DNA of 64,000 bases. Origin: Cetorhinus maximus (taxonomy: Eukaryota). The DNA lies in the NCBI RefSeq assembly GCF_964194155.1, contig NW_027596187.1, positions 558,001 to 622,000 of the forward strand, given 5' to 3'. How positions within the stretch are numbered: the stretch's first letter is position 1; each line of letters opens with the position of its first letter. The notes beneath the pieces were generated by a model. It had not been told where the DNA came from and ran no database searches. It worked only from the letters and a program-made list of their open reading frames with translations. A program made the position numbers and the translations under genes. Of this stretch, positions 23,370 through 37,769 are shown one piece after another.

Positions 23370-26300
23370 TTGGTCAGTAACACGGGTCGGTCAGTAACAC
23401 GGATCGGTCAGTAACACGCATCGGTCAGTAACACGCATCGGTCAGTAACACGGGTCAGTCAGGAACACAGATCAGTCAGTAACACGCGTCGGTCAGTAAC
23501 ACGCGTCGGTCAGTAACACGCGTCGGTCAGTATCACGAATCGGTCAGTAACACGCATCGGTCAGTATCACGGATCGGTCAGTATCACGGATCGGTCAGTA
23601 TCACGGATCGGTCAGTAACACGGATCGGTCAGTAACATGGATCGGTCAGTAACACAGATTGGTCAGTAACATACGTCGGTCAGTAACACGGAGCACTAAC
23701 TAACACAGATCAGTCAGTGACATGGATCGGTCAGTAACACTGATCGGTCATTAACATACATCAGTCAGTGACATGGATCGGTCAGTAACAGGAATCATCA
23801 TCGGTAACCAACATCGGTCTGTAACATAGACCACTCAGTAAACGCATCAGTCAGTAACCTGCATAGGTCAGTAACACAGATCGGTCAGGAACACAGATCG
23901 GTCAGGAACACAGATCGGTCAGGAACACAGATCGGTCAGGAACACAGATCGGTCAGGAACACACGTCGGTCAGGAACACACGTCGGTCAGGAACACACAT
24001 CGGTCAGTGACCCAGATAGGTCAGTGACACAGACCAGTAATTAACCCAGATCGGTCAGTAACACAGATCGGACATTAACCCAGATAGGTCAGTAACCCAG
24101 ATCGTTCAATAACACGGACCAGTCATTAACCCAGATCGGTCAGTAACACAGATCGGACATTAACCCATATCGGTCAGTGGCCCAGATAGGTCAGTAACCC
24201 AGATCGTTCAATAACACGGACCAGTCATTAACCCAGATCGGTCAGTAACACAGATCGGACATTTACCCAGATCGGACATTAACCCAGATCGGTCAGTAAC
24301 ACAGATCGGACATTAACCCAGATCGGTCAGTAACACAGATCGGACATTAACCCAGATCGGTCAGTAACACAGATCGGACATTAACCCAGATCGGTCAGTA
24401 ACACAGATCGGTCATTAACCCAGATTGGACAGTAACACGCATCGATCATTTACCCAGATCGGACATTAACCCAGATAGGTCAGTAACACGCATCGTTCAT
24501 TTACCCAGATCGGTCAGTAACACGCATCGGTCAGCAACACAGATCGGACATTAACCCAGATAGGTCAGTAACACGCATCGTTCATTTACCCAGATCGGTC
24601 AGTAACCCGCATCGGTCATTTACCCAGATCGGTCAGTAACACAGATCGGTCAATAACACAGATCGGTCAGTAACACGCATCAGTCATTTACCCAGATCGG
24701 TCAGTAACACAGATCGGACAGTAACCCAGATCAGTCAGTAACATGCATCGGTCAGTAACACGCATCAGACATTAACCCAGATCGATCAGTAACACGCATC
24801 AGTCATTAACACAGATCGGTCAGTAACACAGATCAGACATTAACCCAGATCGGTCAGTAACATGCATCGGTCATTAACACAGATTGGACATTAACCCAGA
24901 TCGGTCAGTAACACGCATCGGTCATTAACACAGATCGGACATTAACCCAGATCGGTCAGTAACACAGATCGGTCAGTAACACAGATCGGTCAGTAACACA
25001 CATCAGTCATTTACCCAGATCGGTCAGTAACACAGATCGGACAGTAACCCAGATCAGTCAGTAACATGCATCGGTCAGTAACACGCATCAGACATTAACC
25101 CAGATCGATCAGTAACACGCATCAGTCATTAACACAGATCGGTCAGTAACACAGATCAGACATTAACCCAGATCGGTCAGTAACATGCATCGGTCATTAA
25201 CACAGATTGGACATTAACCCAGATCGGTCAGTAACACGCATCGGTCATTAACACAGATCGGACATTAACCCAGATCGGTCAGTAACACGCATCGGTCATT
25301 AACACAGATCGGACATTAACCCAGATCGGTCAGTAACACAGATCGGTCAGTAACACAGATCGGTCAGTAACACGCATCAGTCATTTACCCAGATCGGTCA
25401 GTAACACAGATCGGACAGTAACCCAGATCAGTCAGTAACATGCATCGGTCAGTAACACGCATCAGACATTAACCCAGATCGATCAGTAACACGCATCAGT
25501 CATTAACACAGATCGGTCAGTAACACAGATCAGACATTAACCCAGATCGGTCAGTAACATGCATCGGTCATTAACACAGATTGGACATTAACCCAGATCG
25601 GTCAGTAACACGCATCGGTCATTAACACAGATCGGACATTAACCCAGTTCGGTCAGTAACACGCATTGGTCAGTAACACGGATCGGTCAGTAACACGGAT
25701 CGGTCAGTGACCTGGATCGGTCAGTAACACGGATCGGTCAGTAACACGGATCGGTCAGTAACACAGATCAGTCAGTAAGACACATCAGTCACTCACACGG
25801 ATCAGACAGTAATGGGGATCGGTGAGTGATCAGGATCGGTCAGTAACCTGGATCAGTCAGTAACATGGATCAGTCAGTAACACGGATCAGTCAGTAACAC
25901 GCATCAGTCAGTAACACGCATCAGTCAGTAACACGCATCAGTCAGTAACACGCATCAGTCAGTAACACGCATCAGTCAGTAACACGCATCAGTCAGTAAC
26001 ACACATCAGTCAGTAACAAGGATCCATCAGTAACAAGGATCATTCGGTAACCAACTTTGGCCAGTAACCCGCAATGGTCAGTTACACAGATCGGTCAGTA
26101 ACCCAAATCGGTCAGTGACTTGAATCAGTCAGTGACATGCACCAGCCAGTAATGCGCGTCGGTCAGTAACACGCGTCGGTCAGTAACGCGCGTCGGTCAG
26201 TAACACAGATCGGACATCAACCCAGATCGGTCAGTAACACGCATCGGTCAGTAACACGCATCGGACATTAACCTAGATCGGTCAGTAACACGCATCGGAC

Positions 26301-28790
26301 ATTAACCCAGATCGGTCAGTAACACGCATTGGTCAGTAACACGGATCGGTCAGTAACACGGATCGGTCAGTAACCCAAATCGGTCAGTGACTTGAATCAG
26401 TCAGTGACTTGAATCCGTCAGTGACACGCACCAGCCAGTAACGCGCGTCGGTCAGTGACACGCACCAGCCAGTAACGCGCGTCGGTCAGTGACACGCACC
26501 AGCCAGTAACGCGCGTCGGTCAGTAACGCGGGTCGGTCAGTAACGCGCGTCGGTCAGTAACACAGATCGGACAGTAACCCAGATCAGTCAGTAACACGCA
26601 TCGGTCAGTAACACGCATCGGTCAGTAACACGCATCGGTCAGTAACACGCATCAGACATTAACCCAGATCGGTCAGTAACACGCATCGGTCATTTACCCA
26701 GATTGGTCAGTAACACAGATCGGTCAGTAACACGCATCAGTCATTTACCCAGATCGGTCAGTAACACAGATCGGTAATTAACCCAGATCGGTCGGTAACA
26801 CGGATCAGTCAGTAACACGGATCGGTCAGTAACACGGATCGGTCAGTGACCTGGATTGGTCAGTAACTCTGATCGGTCAGTAACACTGATCAGTCAGTAA
26901 CACTGATTGGTCAGTAACACACATCGATCAGTAACACAGACTAATCAGTCACAGCGATCGGTCAGTAACACGGATTGGTCAGTAACACTGATCGGTCACT
27001 CACACGGATCGGTCACTCTTGGATCGGTCACTCACACGGAACGGTCACTCACACAGATAGGTCACTCACACGGATCGGTCACTCACACAGATCGGTCAGT
27101 AACACAGATCGGTCAGTAACTGCATCGATCGGTAACTCAGATAGGCCAGTAACACAGATTGGTCAGTGACCTGGAAAGATCAGTAACCCAGATCAGTCAG
27201 TAACCCATATCGGTCAGTGACCCAGATAGGTCAGTAACCCAGATCGTTCAATAACACGGACCAGTAATTAACCCAGATCGGTCAGTAACACAGATCGGAC
27301 ATTAACCCAGATCGGTCAGTAACACAGATCGGTCATTAACCCAGATCGGTCAGTAACACGCATCGATCATTTACCCAGATCGGACATTAACCCAGATCGG
27401 TCAGTAACATGCATCGGTCATTTACCCAGATTGGTCAGTAACTCAGATCGGTCAGTAACATGCATTGGTCATTTACCCAGATCGGTCAGTAACACAGATC
27501 GGTCAGTAACACAGATCGGTTAGTAACACGCATCAGTCATTTACCCAGATTGGTCAGTAACACGGATCGGTCAGTAACCTGGATCGGTCAGTAACACGGA
27601 TTGGTCAGTAACACTGATCAGTCAGTAAGACACATCAGTCACTCACACGGATCAGACAGTAACGGTGATCAGTGAGTGATCGGGATTGGTCAGTAACCTG
27701 GATCGGTCAGTGACATGGATCAGCCAGTAAACGGATCAGTCAGTAAAACAGAACGGACAGTAACACACATCAGTCAGTAACACACATCGGTCAGTAACAC
27801 ACATCAGTCAGTAACAAGGATCCGTCAGTAACATGCATCATTCGGTAACCAACTTTGGCCAGTAACCCGCATTGGTCAGTTACACAGATCGGTCAGTAAC
27901 CCAAATCGGTCAGTGACTTGAATCAGTCAGTGACACGCACCAGCCAGTAACGCGCGTCGGTCAGTAACGCGCGTCGGTCAGGAACGCGCGTTGGTCAGGA
28001 ACGGGCGTCGGTCAGGAACGCGCGTCGGTCAGTAACGGGCGTCAGTCAGTAACGCGCGTCGGTCAGTAACACAGATCGGACATCAACCCAGATCGGTCAG
28101 TAACACGCATCGGTCAGTAACACAGATCGGAAATTAACCCAGATCGGTCAGTAACACGCATCAGTCATTTACCCAGATCGGTCAGTAACACGCATCAGTC
28201 ATTTACCCAGATCGGTCAGTAACACGCATCGGTCAGTAACACGCATCGGTCATTTACCCAGATCGGTCAGTAACACGCATCGGTCATTTACCCAGATCGG
28301 TCAGTAACATGCATCAGTCAGTAACCCAGATCGGTCAGTAACACGCATCGGTCATTTACCCAGATCGGTCAGTAACATGCATCAGTCAGTAACCCGGATC
28401 AGTCAGTAACCCACTTCAGTCAGTTAAATGGATCAGTCAGAAACACACATCGGTCAGTAACACGGATCGGTCAGTAACACGGATCGGTCAGTAACATGGA
28501 TTGGTCAGTGACCTGGATCGGCCAGTAGCATGGTTTGGTCAGTAGTCCAGAACGCTCAGTGACCCGGATCAGTCAGAGACCCGGATTGGTCAGTAATCCG
28601 TAAGGGTCAGAGACCCGGATTGGTCAGTAATCCGTAAGGGTCAGAGACCCGGATTGGTCAGTAATCCGTAAGGGTCAGAGACCTGGATTGGTCAGTAAGA
28701 TCAATCAGTCAGTAACCCGGATTGGCCAGTGAGCTGGATCGGTCAGTATCCTGGATCAGTCAGTAACACAGTTTGGTCAGTTCAACTGAT
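23370..28790. repeat. 17-bp minisatellite (CGGTCAGTAACACAGAT and variants), about 5.4 kb, with degenerate flank to about 29390
   Basis: Direct inspection; variant blocks recur at multiples of 17 (e.g. 24715, 25038, 25412). Confidence 0.97.
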
Positions 28791-29029
28791 CGATTAACTC
28801 ATTGTGGTCACTGACTCACATCTATCAGTTGAATTGATCAGTAAACCAGCATTCGGTCAGCTAAACCACTTTGATCAGTTTACATGGTCAGTTAACCAGC
28901 ATCAATTAGTTAAACTGCTTCATCAGTTAACCGTTTATTGGTCAGTGGACCTACATCAGTCAGTTGTCTTGACCCATTTTAGTCAGTTAATTGGTCGGTC
29001 CTTTCAGTCAGTTCACTCCCAGTCTGTTC

Positions 29030-29322
29030 AAATTGGGTCTCCCATTGAAGACGGAGATGAGGAGGAATTTCTTCTCTCAAAGATTTGTTAGTCTGTGGAA
29101 TTCACTCCCCCAAAGAGCAGTGGAGGCTGGCTCATTGAATATATACAAGGCTGAGTTAGACAGGCTTTTGATGGACTAGGGGGTCGAGGGTTATGGGGGG
29201 GGGGAGACAGGCAGGAAAGTGGAGTTGAGGCCACAATCAGATCAGCCATGATCTTATTGAAGGGGGAGAGCAGGCTCGAGGGGCCGAATGGCCTACTGCT
29301 CCTATTCTTTACGTTGTTATGT
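29030..29322 (+). mobile_element. CR1 3' end inserted in the degenerate edge of the 17-bp array
   Basis: KTEMRRNFFSQRFVSLWNSLPQRAVEA and tail GAGGGGCCGAATGGCCTACT. Confidence 0.9.
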
Positions 29323-29799
29323 TCAGTTAATCCATTTTGATCAGTTTGGTCAGTGAATAAGTTTCAGTCAGTCAGCCAGTTTTGGTTTAGACGATAGGAA
29401 ATGGAAGGAAGGGATTCTAACCGGCTCCTCAGACAGTTCAATACTTCACTTAAAGGGGTGAGCATCTGTGAGAGGTAATCACCCACAGCCCACGGAGGGC
29501 CGCAGCTGCCCCTTTAAGAGCCCAGAAACCATGAGTGAGGGTGGGGTGGGGTGGGCTGGGGGGTGTACAAATCCATGTCCAGGGCAAAGAGTAAGGGGAT
29601 AGAGTTTCACTCACAGCCTTGCTCCACACACAAAGCTCCAGGTTTGCTTCCACACTGGAATTTGGGATCTCTATGTCACAAATTAAATCTGCAACTGGAC
29701 TGAAGCTGGATTAGAGCTGGGGATGGATTAAATCTGGACTCGAGTTGGAGATGGGTTGAAGCTGGATTAGAGATGATGTTGGATTGAATGCTGCAGGAG

Positions 29800-31622
29800 T
29801 GGATCCATTCCAGGCTGGGTTGATCTATTCCAGGGTATTCCAGGCACGGGTGGATCTATTCCAGGCTTGGCTGATCTGTTCCAGGCTGGGTTGATCTATT
29901 CCAGGGTATTCCAGGCACGGGTGGATCTATTCCAGGCTGGGTTGGTCTATTCCTGGGGTATTCCAGACTGGAGTGGATCTATTCCAGGATATTCCAGACT
30001 GGAATCTGTCTATTTGGGGATATTCCAGGCTGGGATCTGGCTATTCCGGGGTATTCCAGCTGGGATCTGGATATTCCGGGGTATTCCAGACTGGGATCTG
30101 TCTATTCCGGGGTATTCCAGCTGGGATCTGTCTATTCCTGGCTGGGATCTGTCTATTCCGGGGTATTCCAGGCTGGGATCTGTCTATTACTGGCTGGGAT
30201 CTGTCTATTCTGGGGTATTCCAGGCTGGGATCTTGATATTCCAGACTGGGATCTGTCTATTCTGGGGTATTCCAGGCTGGGATCTGGATATTCCTGGCTG
30301 GGATCTGTCTATTCCGGGGTATTCCAGACAGGGATCTGTCTATTACTGGCTGGGATCTGTCTACTCTGGGGTATTCCAGGCTGGGATCTGGATATTCCAG
30401 ACTGGGATCTGTCTATTCCGGGGTATTCCAGGCTGGGATCTGGATATTCCAGACTGGGATCCGTCTATTCTGGGGTATTCCAGGCTGGGATCTGGATATT
30501 CCGGGGTATTCCAGGCTGGGATCTGTCTATTCCAGGCTGGGATCTGGATATTCCAGACTGGGATCTGGATATTCCAGACTGGGATCTGGATATTCCGGGG
30601 TATTCCAGGCTGGGATCTGTCTATTCCAGGCTGGGATCTGGATATTCCAGCTGGGATCTGTCTATTCTGGGGTATTCCAGGCTGGGATCTGTCTATTCCG
30701 GGGTATTCCAGGCTGAGATCTGTCTATTCCGGGATATTCCAGCTGGGATCTGTCTATTCGAGGTATTCCAGCTGGGATCTGTCTAATCCGGGGTATTCCA
30801 GCTGGGATCTGTCTATTCCGGGGTATTCCAGCTGGGATCTGTCTATTCCGGGGTATTCCAGCTGGGATCTGTCTATTCTGGGGTATTCCAGCTGGGATCT
30901 GTCTATTCCGGGGTATTCCAGCTGGGATCTGTCTATTCCAGCTGGGATCTATCTATTCTGGGGTATTCCAGCTGGGATCTGTCTAATCCAGGCTGGGATC
31001 TGTCTATTCCAGACTGGGATCTGTCTATTTGGGGATATTCCAGACTGGGATCTGGATATTCCAGACTGGGATCTGTCTATTTGGGGATATTCCAGGCTGG
31101 GATCTGTCTATTCCGGGCTGGGATCTGTCTATTTGGGGATATTCCAGACTGGGATCTGGATATTCCAGACTGGGATCTGTCTATTTGGGGATATTCCAGG
31201 CTGGGATCTGTCTATTCCGGGCTGGGATCTGTCTATTCCAGGCTGGGATCTGTCTATTCCAGGCTGGGATCTGTCTATTCCCAGATATTCCGGGCTGGGA
31301 TCTGTCTATTCGGGGTATTCCATCTGGGATCTGTCTAACCCAGGCTGGGATCTGTCTATTCCGGGATATTCCGGGCTGGGATCTGTCTATTCCGGGATAT
31401 TCCAGCTGGGATCTGTCTATTCCGGGATATTCCAGCTGGGATCTGTCTATTCCGGGATATTCCAGGCTGGGATCTGTCTATTCCGGGATATTCCAGGCTG
31501 GGATCTGTCTATTCCGGGATATTCCGGGCTGGGATCTGTCTATTCCGGGATATTCCAGGCTGGGATCTGTCTATTCCGGGATATTCCAGGCTGGGATCTG
31601 TCTATTCCGGGATATTCCAGGT
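29800..31622. repeat. Minisatellite of mixed 21-32-bp units (GCTGGGATCTGTCTATTCC[GGGGTATTCC]AG)
   Basis: Direct inspection; abuts the CpG promoter at 31.6 kb. Confidence 0.96.
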
Positions 31623-31624
31623 AG

Positions 31625-32040
31625 CTGCAGCTTCTCCCAACCAGGCTCGGGCTGCTCCAGACAAAGGGAGCCAGGGTTTAGGTCCCTCCTTCTGCTGCGC
31701 TCCCATTGGCTGGCCATCCGGAGCCGCCAGCTCTGCCGAGGCCGCTCGGCGCTTCCTATTGGATAGACCAGCCGTCAATAACCGCTCTGACGTCAAACCC
31801 GCCGAGGCATCATTGGCGCCGAGGCGTCCGGCGGGTGGGCGGGGACTCCGCTGGAGCGGGCGGGCCCGGAACTCGGGCGGGCGGGGGCTCCGCTGGAGCG
31901 GGCGGGCCCGGAATCGGGCGGGGGAGGCGCTAGTGCGGCGCCGATTCCAGCTACAGGAAGACAGCTGCTCTCATTGGTTAATAAAACCAGGTTACGTAGG
32001 AGTGGGCGTGGCTGTTTTGTGGTCCCACCCACTGACCACT
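31625..32040 (-). promoter_or_regulatory. CpG-island promoter, probably driving ZNF-A
   Basis: Four CCAAT boxes on the minus strand (ATTGG at 31705, 31758, 31812, 31973), perfect CRE TGACGTCA at 31788-31795, several GGGCGG boxes, duplicated ~40-bp GC element at 31836-31915. Confidence 0.75.
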
Positions 32041-32084
32041 TGACCATTGTCCTGATGTGGGTCAAAGGGCATCGATAGGGTAGG

Positions 32085-32310
32085 GATGGGTCAGAATGAG
32101 GAATTGAAGGGAATGAGTATCAGTGAGAAGGTTGTATTGGAGACATTACTGGGGCTGAAGGTCGCGGGAGCTGATGACCTACCTCCCAGAGTGTTGGAAC
32201 CGAGAGCTATGGAGATAGCGGATGCATTGGTCATCTTCCCAAAATCCCATAGATTCGGGAATGGTTCCTGCAGATTAGAAAGTAGCAAATGTCACCCCAC
32301 TATTTAAGAA
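32085..32310 (+). mobile_element. CR1 ORF2 fragment
   Basis: ISEKVVLETLLGLK..GADDLPPRVL..AMEIADALVIF. Confidence 0.8.
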
Positions 32311-32314
32311 GAGA

Positions 32315-32692
32315 CACATAAACAGACCAATTAGGAGCAGGAGTAGGCCACTCGGCCCCTCGGTCCATTCAATAAGATCATGGCTCATCTGAATCTGACC
32401 CCAAACCCACATTCCTGCCTACCCCAGATAATCTTTCACCACCCACCCTCCCACCCACCCTTGTTAATCAAGAATCTATCTAGCTCTGCCTGAAAAATGT
32501 TCAAAGACTCTGCTTCCACTGCCTTTTTAGGAAGAGAGTTCCAAAGACTCTCTACCCTCTGAGAGAAAAGAATTCTCATCTTTGTCTTAAATGGGCGACC
32601 CCATATTTTTAAACAGTGACCCCCCCCCCCCCCCCCCCCCCCGAGTTCTAGATTCTCCCACAAGAAGACACATCCTCTCCACATCCACCCTG
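32315..32692 (-). mobile_element. CR1 3' end with expanded C homopolymer
   Basis: HCLKIWGRPFKTKMR..FSQRVESLWNSLPKKAVEA. Confidence 0.88.
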
Positions 32693-35600
32693 AAGTGAAC
32701 TGGGAAACTAGGCTAGAGGATAGATCAATAGAGAAGCAGTGGCAAACATTTGAGGGGATATTTCAGGGTATTCAGAATAAGTACATTCCTATTATAAAGA
32801 AAAATTCTAAGGGGAGGACCCACCCACCTTCTAAAGAAGTTAAGGAAAGCATCAAAATTAAGGAAAAAGCATACAACTCTGCACAGATGAGTAACAGGAC
32901 AGATGTTTGGTCAGAATATAAAGAACGGCAGAGAATGACTAAAAGGTTAATCAGGAGAAAGAAATTAGAGTATGAGAGGAAGCTAGCTAGAAATGTAAAA
33001 ATGAATAGCAAGAGTTTCTACAGGTATTTAAAAAGGAAAAGAGTGAGTAAAGTGATTGTTGGTCCTCTAGAGAGTGACAGTGGGGAGTTAATAGTCGATA
33101 ATTAGGAAATGGCGGAAGAAATGAACAAATATTTTGCTTCTGTGTTCACTATAGAGGATACAAAAAACATTCCATAATAGCTACAAATCAGGAGGTGAAA
33201 GGGAAAGTTGAACTTGGTGAAATTGAAATCATTAGGGACGCGGTACTGAGCAAATTGATGGAGCTGCAGGTTGGTAAGTCTCTGGGTCACGATGGATTAC
33301 ATCCTAGGATCTTAAAAGAGGTGGCTAATGAGATAGTCTGGTGTTAATTTTCCAAAATTCGCTAGATTCTGGAAAGGTTCCATCAGACTGGAAAGTAGCA
33401 AATATAACCCCTATAATCAAGATGGGAGGGAGGCAGAAAACAGAAAACTATAGGCCAGTTAGTTTGATATCTGCCGTGGGGGAGTTGTTAGAAACCCCAA
33501 ACTGTTGTGATGATGTTGGGAATGGCATTAAACAGGAAATTAGAGACGCATGCAATAAAGGAATATCTGTAATTATGGGTGACGTTAATCTGCATATAGA
33601 TTGGGCAAATCAAATTAGTAACAATACCGTAGAGGAGGAATTCCTGGAGTGTATATGGGATGGTTTTCTGGACCAATACGTTGAGGAACCAACTAGAGAA
33701 CAGGCCATTGTATACTGGGTATTGTATAATGAGAAAGGAATAATTGGCAATCTAGTTGTGCGAGGCCACTTGGGGATGAGCGACCCTAATATGAGAGAAT
33801 TAGAGAGTGACGTAGTTGATTCTGAGACTAGGGTCCTGAATCTTAATAAAGGAAACTACGATGGTATGAAACGCGAGTTGGCTATGATGGATTGGGAAAA
33901 GTTACTTAAAGGGATGATGGTGGATAGGCAATGGGAAACATTCAAAGCGCACATGGGTGAACTGCAACAATTGTTTATTCCTGTCTGGTGCAAAAGTAAA
34001 ATAGGAAAGGTGGCCAAACCATGGCTCACAAGGGAACTTAGAGATAGTATTAGATCCAAGGATGAGGCATACAAATTGGCCAGAAAAGCAACAGTATCCT
34101 GAGGATTGGGAGCAGTTTAGAATTCAGCAAAGAAGGACCAAGAGATTGATTAAGAAGGGGAAAATAGAGTACGAGAGTAAACTTGCAGGGAACATAAAAA
34201 CTGACTGTAAACGTTTTTATAGGTATGTGAAGAGAAAAAGATTGGTGAAGACAAATGTAGGTCCCTTACATTCAGAAACAGGGGAATTTATAATGGGGAA
34301 CAAAGAAATGGCTGACCAACTAAATACATACTTTGGTTCTGTCTTCACAAAGGAGGACACTAACAACATACCAGAAATGTTGGGGAACACAGGATTTAGT
34401 GAGAGGGAGGAACTGAAAGAAATCAGTATTAGTAGGGAAATGGTGTAGGGGAAATTGATGGGATTGAAGGCTGATAAATCCCTAGGGCCTAATAATCTAC
34501 ATCCCAGAGTACTTAAGGAAGTGGTCCTAGAAATAGTGGATGCGTTGATGGTCATCTTCCGAGATTCTATAGACTCTGGAACAGTTCCTACAGATTGGAG
34601 GGTAGCTAATGTAACCCCACTATTCAAAAAGGGAGGCAGAGAGAAAACAGGGAATTATAGACCATTCAGCCTGACATCGGTAGTGGGGAAAATTCTAGAG
34701 TCCATTCTAAAAGATTTAATAGCTGAGCACGTGGAAAACAATGGCAGAATTGGACAGAGTCAGCATGGATTTAAGAAAGGGAAATCATGCTTGACAAATC
34801 TACTGGAATTTTTCGAGGATGTAACCAGTAGAGTTGATGAGGGGGAGCCAGTGGATGCAGTTTATTTGGACTTTCAGAAAGCTTTCGACAAAGTCCCACG
34901 TAAGAGATTGGCGTGTAAAATTAAAGCGCATGGGATTGGGGGTAGTGTATTGAGATGGATAGAAAAATGACTGGCAGACAGGAAACAAAGAATAGGAATA
35001 AACGGGTCTTTTTCCAAATGGCAGGCAGTGACTAGTCGGGTAGCGCAGGGATCAGTATTCACAATATATATTAATGATTTAGATGAGGGAACTAAATGTA
35101 ATATCTCCAAATTTGCAGATGACACAAAGCTGGGTGGGAGGGTGAGCTGTGAGGAGGAAGCAGTGATGCTTCAGTGTGATTTGGATAAGCTGAGTGAGTG
35201 GGCAAATGCATGGCAGATGCAGTATAATGTGGATAACTGTCAGGTTATCCACTTTGGTAGCAAAAACAGGAAGGAGGATTATTATCTGAATGGCTATAAA
35301 TTGAGAGAGGGGAATGTGCAACGAGACCTGGGTGTCCTTGTACACCAGTCGCTGAAGGTAAGCATGCAGGTGCAGCAGGCGGTAAAGAAGGCAAATGGTA
35401 TGTTGGCCTTCATAGCCAGAGGATTCGAGTACAGGAACAGGGGTGTCTTGCTGCAATTGTACAGGGCCTTGGTGAGACCACACCTGGAATATTGTGTGCA
35501 GTTTTGGTCTCCTTATCTGAGGAAGGATGTACTTGCTATAGAGGGAGTGCAGCGAAGGTTTACCAGACTGATTCCTGGGATGGCAGGACTGACATATGAG

Positions 35601-37340
35601 GAAAGATTGAGTCAGTTAGGATTATATTCGCTGGAGTTCAGAGGAATGAGGGGGGCTTTCATAGAAACCTATAAAATTCTAACAGGACTAGACAGGGTAG
35701 ATGCAGGAAGGATATTCCTGATGGTGGGAGTGTACAGAACCAGGGGTCACAGTCTGAGGATATGGGGTAGACCATTTAGGACTGAGATGAGGAGAAATTT
35801 CTTCACCCAGAGAGTGGTGAGCCTGTGGCGTTCGTTACCACAGAAAGTAGTTGAGGCCAAAACATTGTATGTTTTCAAGGAGGAGTTAGATATAGCTCTT
35901 GGGGCGAAAGGGATCAAAGGATATGGGGAGAAAGTGGGAGCAGGCTATTGAGTTGGATGATCAGCCAGGCTCGAAGGGCCAAATGGCCTACTCCTGCTCC
36001 TATTTTCTATATTTCTATGTTTCTATGATCATTAAGGAGGTTATAGCTGGGCACTTACAAGAGCTCAAGACAATCAGAAAGAGTCAGCATGGTTTTGTGA
36101 AAGGAGTCATTTTTAACCAATTTATGGAATTTTGTGCAGGAGTAACATGTGCAGTGGATAAAGGGGAGCCTGTAGATGCACTGTACTTGAATTTCCAGAA
36201 AGCATTTGATAAAGGTTATGACAGAAAATAAAAACATATGGTGTAGGGGGTAACATATTAGCATGGATAGAAGATTAGCTGGCTGGCAGAAAGCAGAGAG
36301 TATGCATAAAGGGGTCTTTTTCACGTTGCAGGATGTGATGAGTAGGAGTCTGTGCTGGGGCCTTACCTTTTGATGATTTACACCAATGGCTTAGATGAGG
36401 GGAACGAAGACATGGGAGCTAAATTTTCAGATGACACAAAGATAGGTAGGAAAGTATGTTGTAAAGAGGACACAAGGAGTTTGCAGTTGGATATTGATAG
36501 GTTGAGTGAGCGGGCAAAGATCTGGCAAATGAAGTTTAATGTGGGAAAATGTGAAGTTATTCACTTTGGCAGGAAGAACAAAAAAGCTTACTTGAATGAA
36601 GAACAGCTGCATAATTCTGAGGTGCAGAGGGATCTGGGCGTTCTAGTACATGAGTCATGAAAATTTAGTATACAGGTATAGCAAATAATTAAGAAGGCTA
36701 ATGGAATGCTATCCTTCATTACGAGAAGGATTGAATATAAAAGTGAGGATGTGATGCTTCAATTATGCAGGGCATTGGTGAGACTGCACCTCGAATACTG
36801 TTTGCAGTTTTGGTCTCCTTATTTAAGGAAGGATGTAATTGCACTGGAGGCAGTTCAGAGGAGGTTTACTAGATTGATACCTGGAATGAGTGGGTTGTCT
36901 TATGAGGAAAGGTTGGACAGACTGGGCTTGTTTCCACTAGAGTTTAGAAGAGTGAGGGGTGATTTGATTGAAGATCCTGAACGGCCTTAACAAGGTGGAC
37001 ATGGAAAGGATGTTTCCTCCTGTGGGTGAGTCCAGAACTAGGGGGCACTGTTTTAAAATTAGGGGTCACCCTTTTAGGAAAGAGATGAGGAGAATTTTTT
37101 TCTCTCAGAGGGTTGTGTGACTTTGGAACTCTCTGCCTCAGAACGTGGTGGGAGTGGGGTCACTGGATATTTTTAAGGCAGAGGTAGATAGATTATTGTT
37201 AGGCAAGGAATTGAAGGTTACTGGGGTTAGATGAGAATGTGGAAATCGAAACACAATCAGATCAGCCATGATCTTATTGAATGGCGGAGCAGACTCGAGG
37301 GGCTGTATGGCCTACTCTTGTTCCTGTTTCTTATGTTCTT
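32693..37340 (+). mobile_element. CR1 LINE (host copy: 32693-33493 and 36026-37340), split by a younger CR1
   Basis: NYRPVSLISAVGELLE at about 33490 resumes as IIKEVIAGHL..SQHGF at about 36026; then KFSDDT, LEYCLQFWSPY and the 3' tail. Confidence 0.9.
33494..36025 (+). mobile_element. Nested 2.5-kb CR1 LINE (partial endonuclease, RT, 3' tail)
   Basis: VIMGDVNLHIDW, FLDQYVEEPTRE, YLDFQKAFDKVP, KFADDTKLGG, 307-aa C-terminal ORF; ends in TTTCTATATTTCTATGTTTCTATG repeats. Confidence 0.93.
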
Positions 37341-37769
37341 ATGTCAAGTCCCCCCATGATCTTAAAGGTTTCAATTAACCCGCCTCTTATTTTTCTAAAC
37401 TCCAGTGGATACAAGCCTAACCTGTCCAACCTTTCCTCATAAGACAACCCACCCATTCCTGCTATTAGTTGAGTTAACCTTCTCTGATCTGCGTTTAACA
37501 CATTTATATCTTTCTTTAAGTAAGGAGACTGTACACAATAGTCTAGGTGTGGTCTCACCAGTGACCTGTACAACTGTAGCATAACCTCCCTACTTTTGTA
37601 ATCAATTCCCCTTGCAATAAATGATAACGTTCTATTAGCTTCCCTAATTACTTGCTGTACCTGCATACTAACCTTCAGTGATTCATGCGCTAGGACACCC
37701 AGATCCCTCTGAACCTCAGAGCTCTGCAATCTCTCACCATTAAACCAGCTTATATTTCTCCTTTCTCCT

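Noticed and set aside
29615-29680. Coding status for the putative ZNF-A upstream exon
   Set aside because: In the frame required by the 20672 acceptor there is a TGA about 21 codons upstream and no ATG in between, so the exon would be 5' UTR
29867-31624. 585-aa GWDLSIPGYS-repeat ORF
   Set aside because: Mixed unit lengths cycle through all three frames and the start is non-ATG; artefact of the minisatellite
33494-36025. Active autonomous CR1
   Set aside because: 5'-truncated, with multiple stops, frameshifts and a deletion in the QGSVLGP motif
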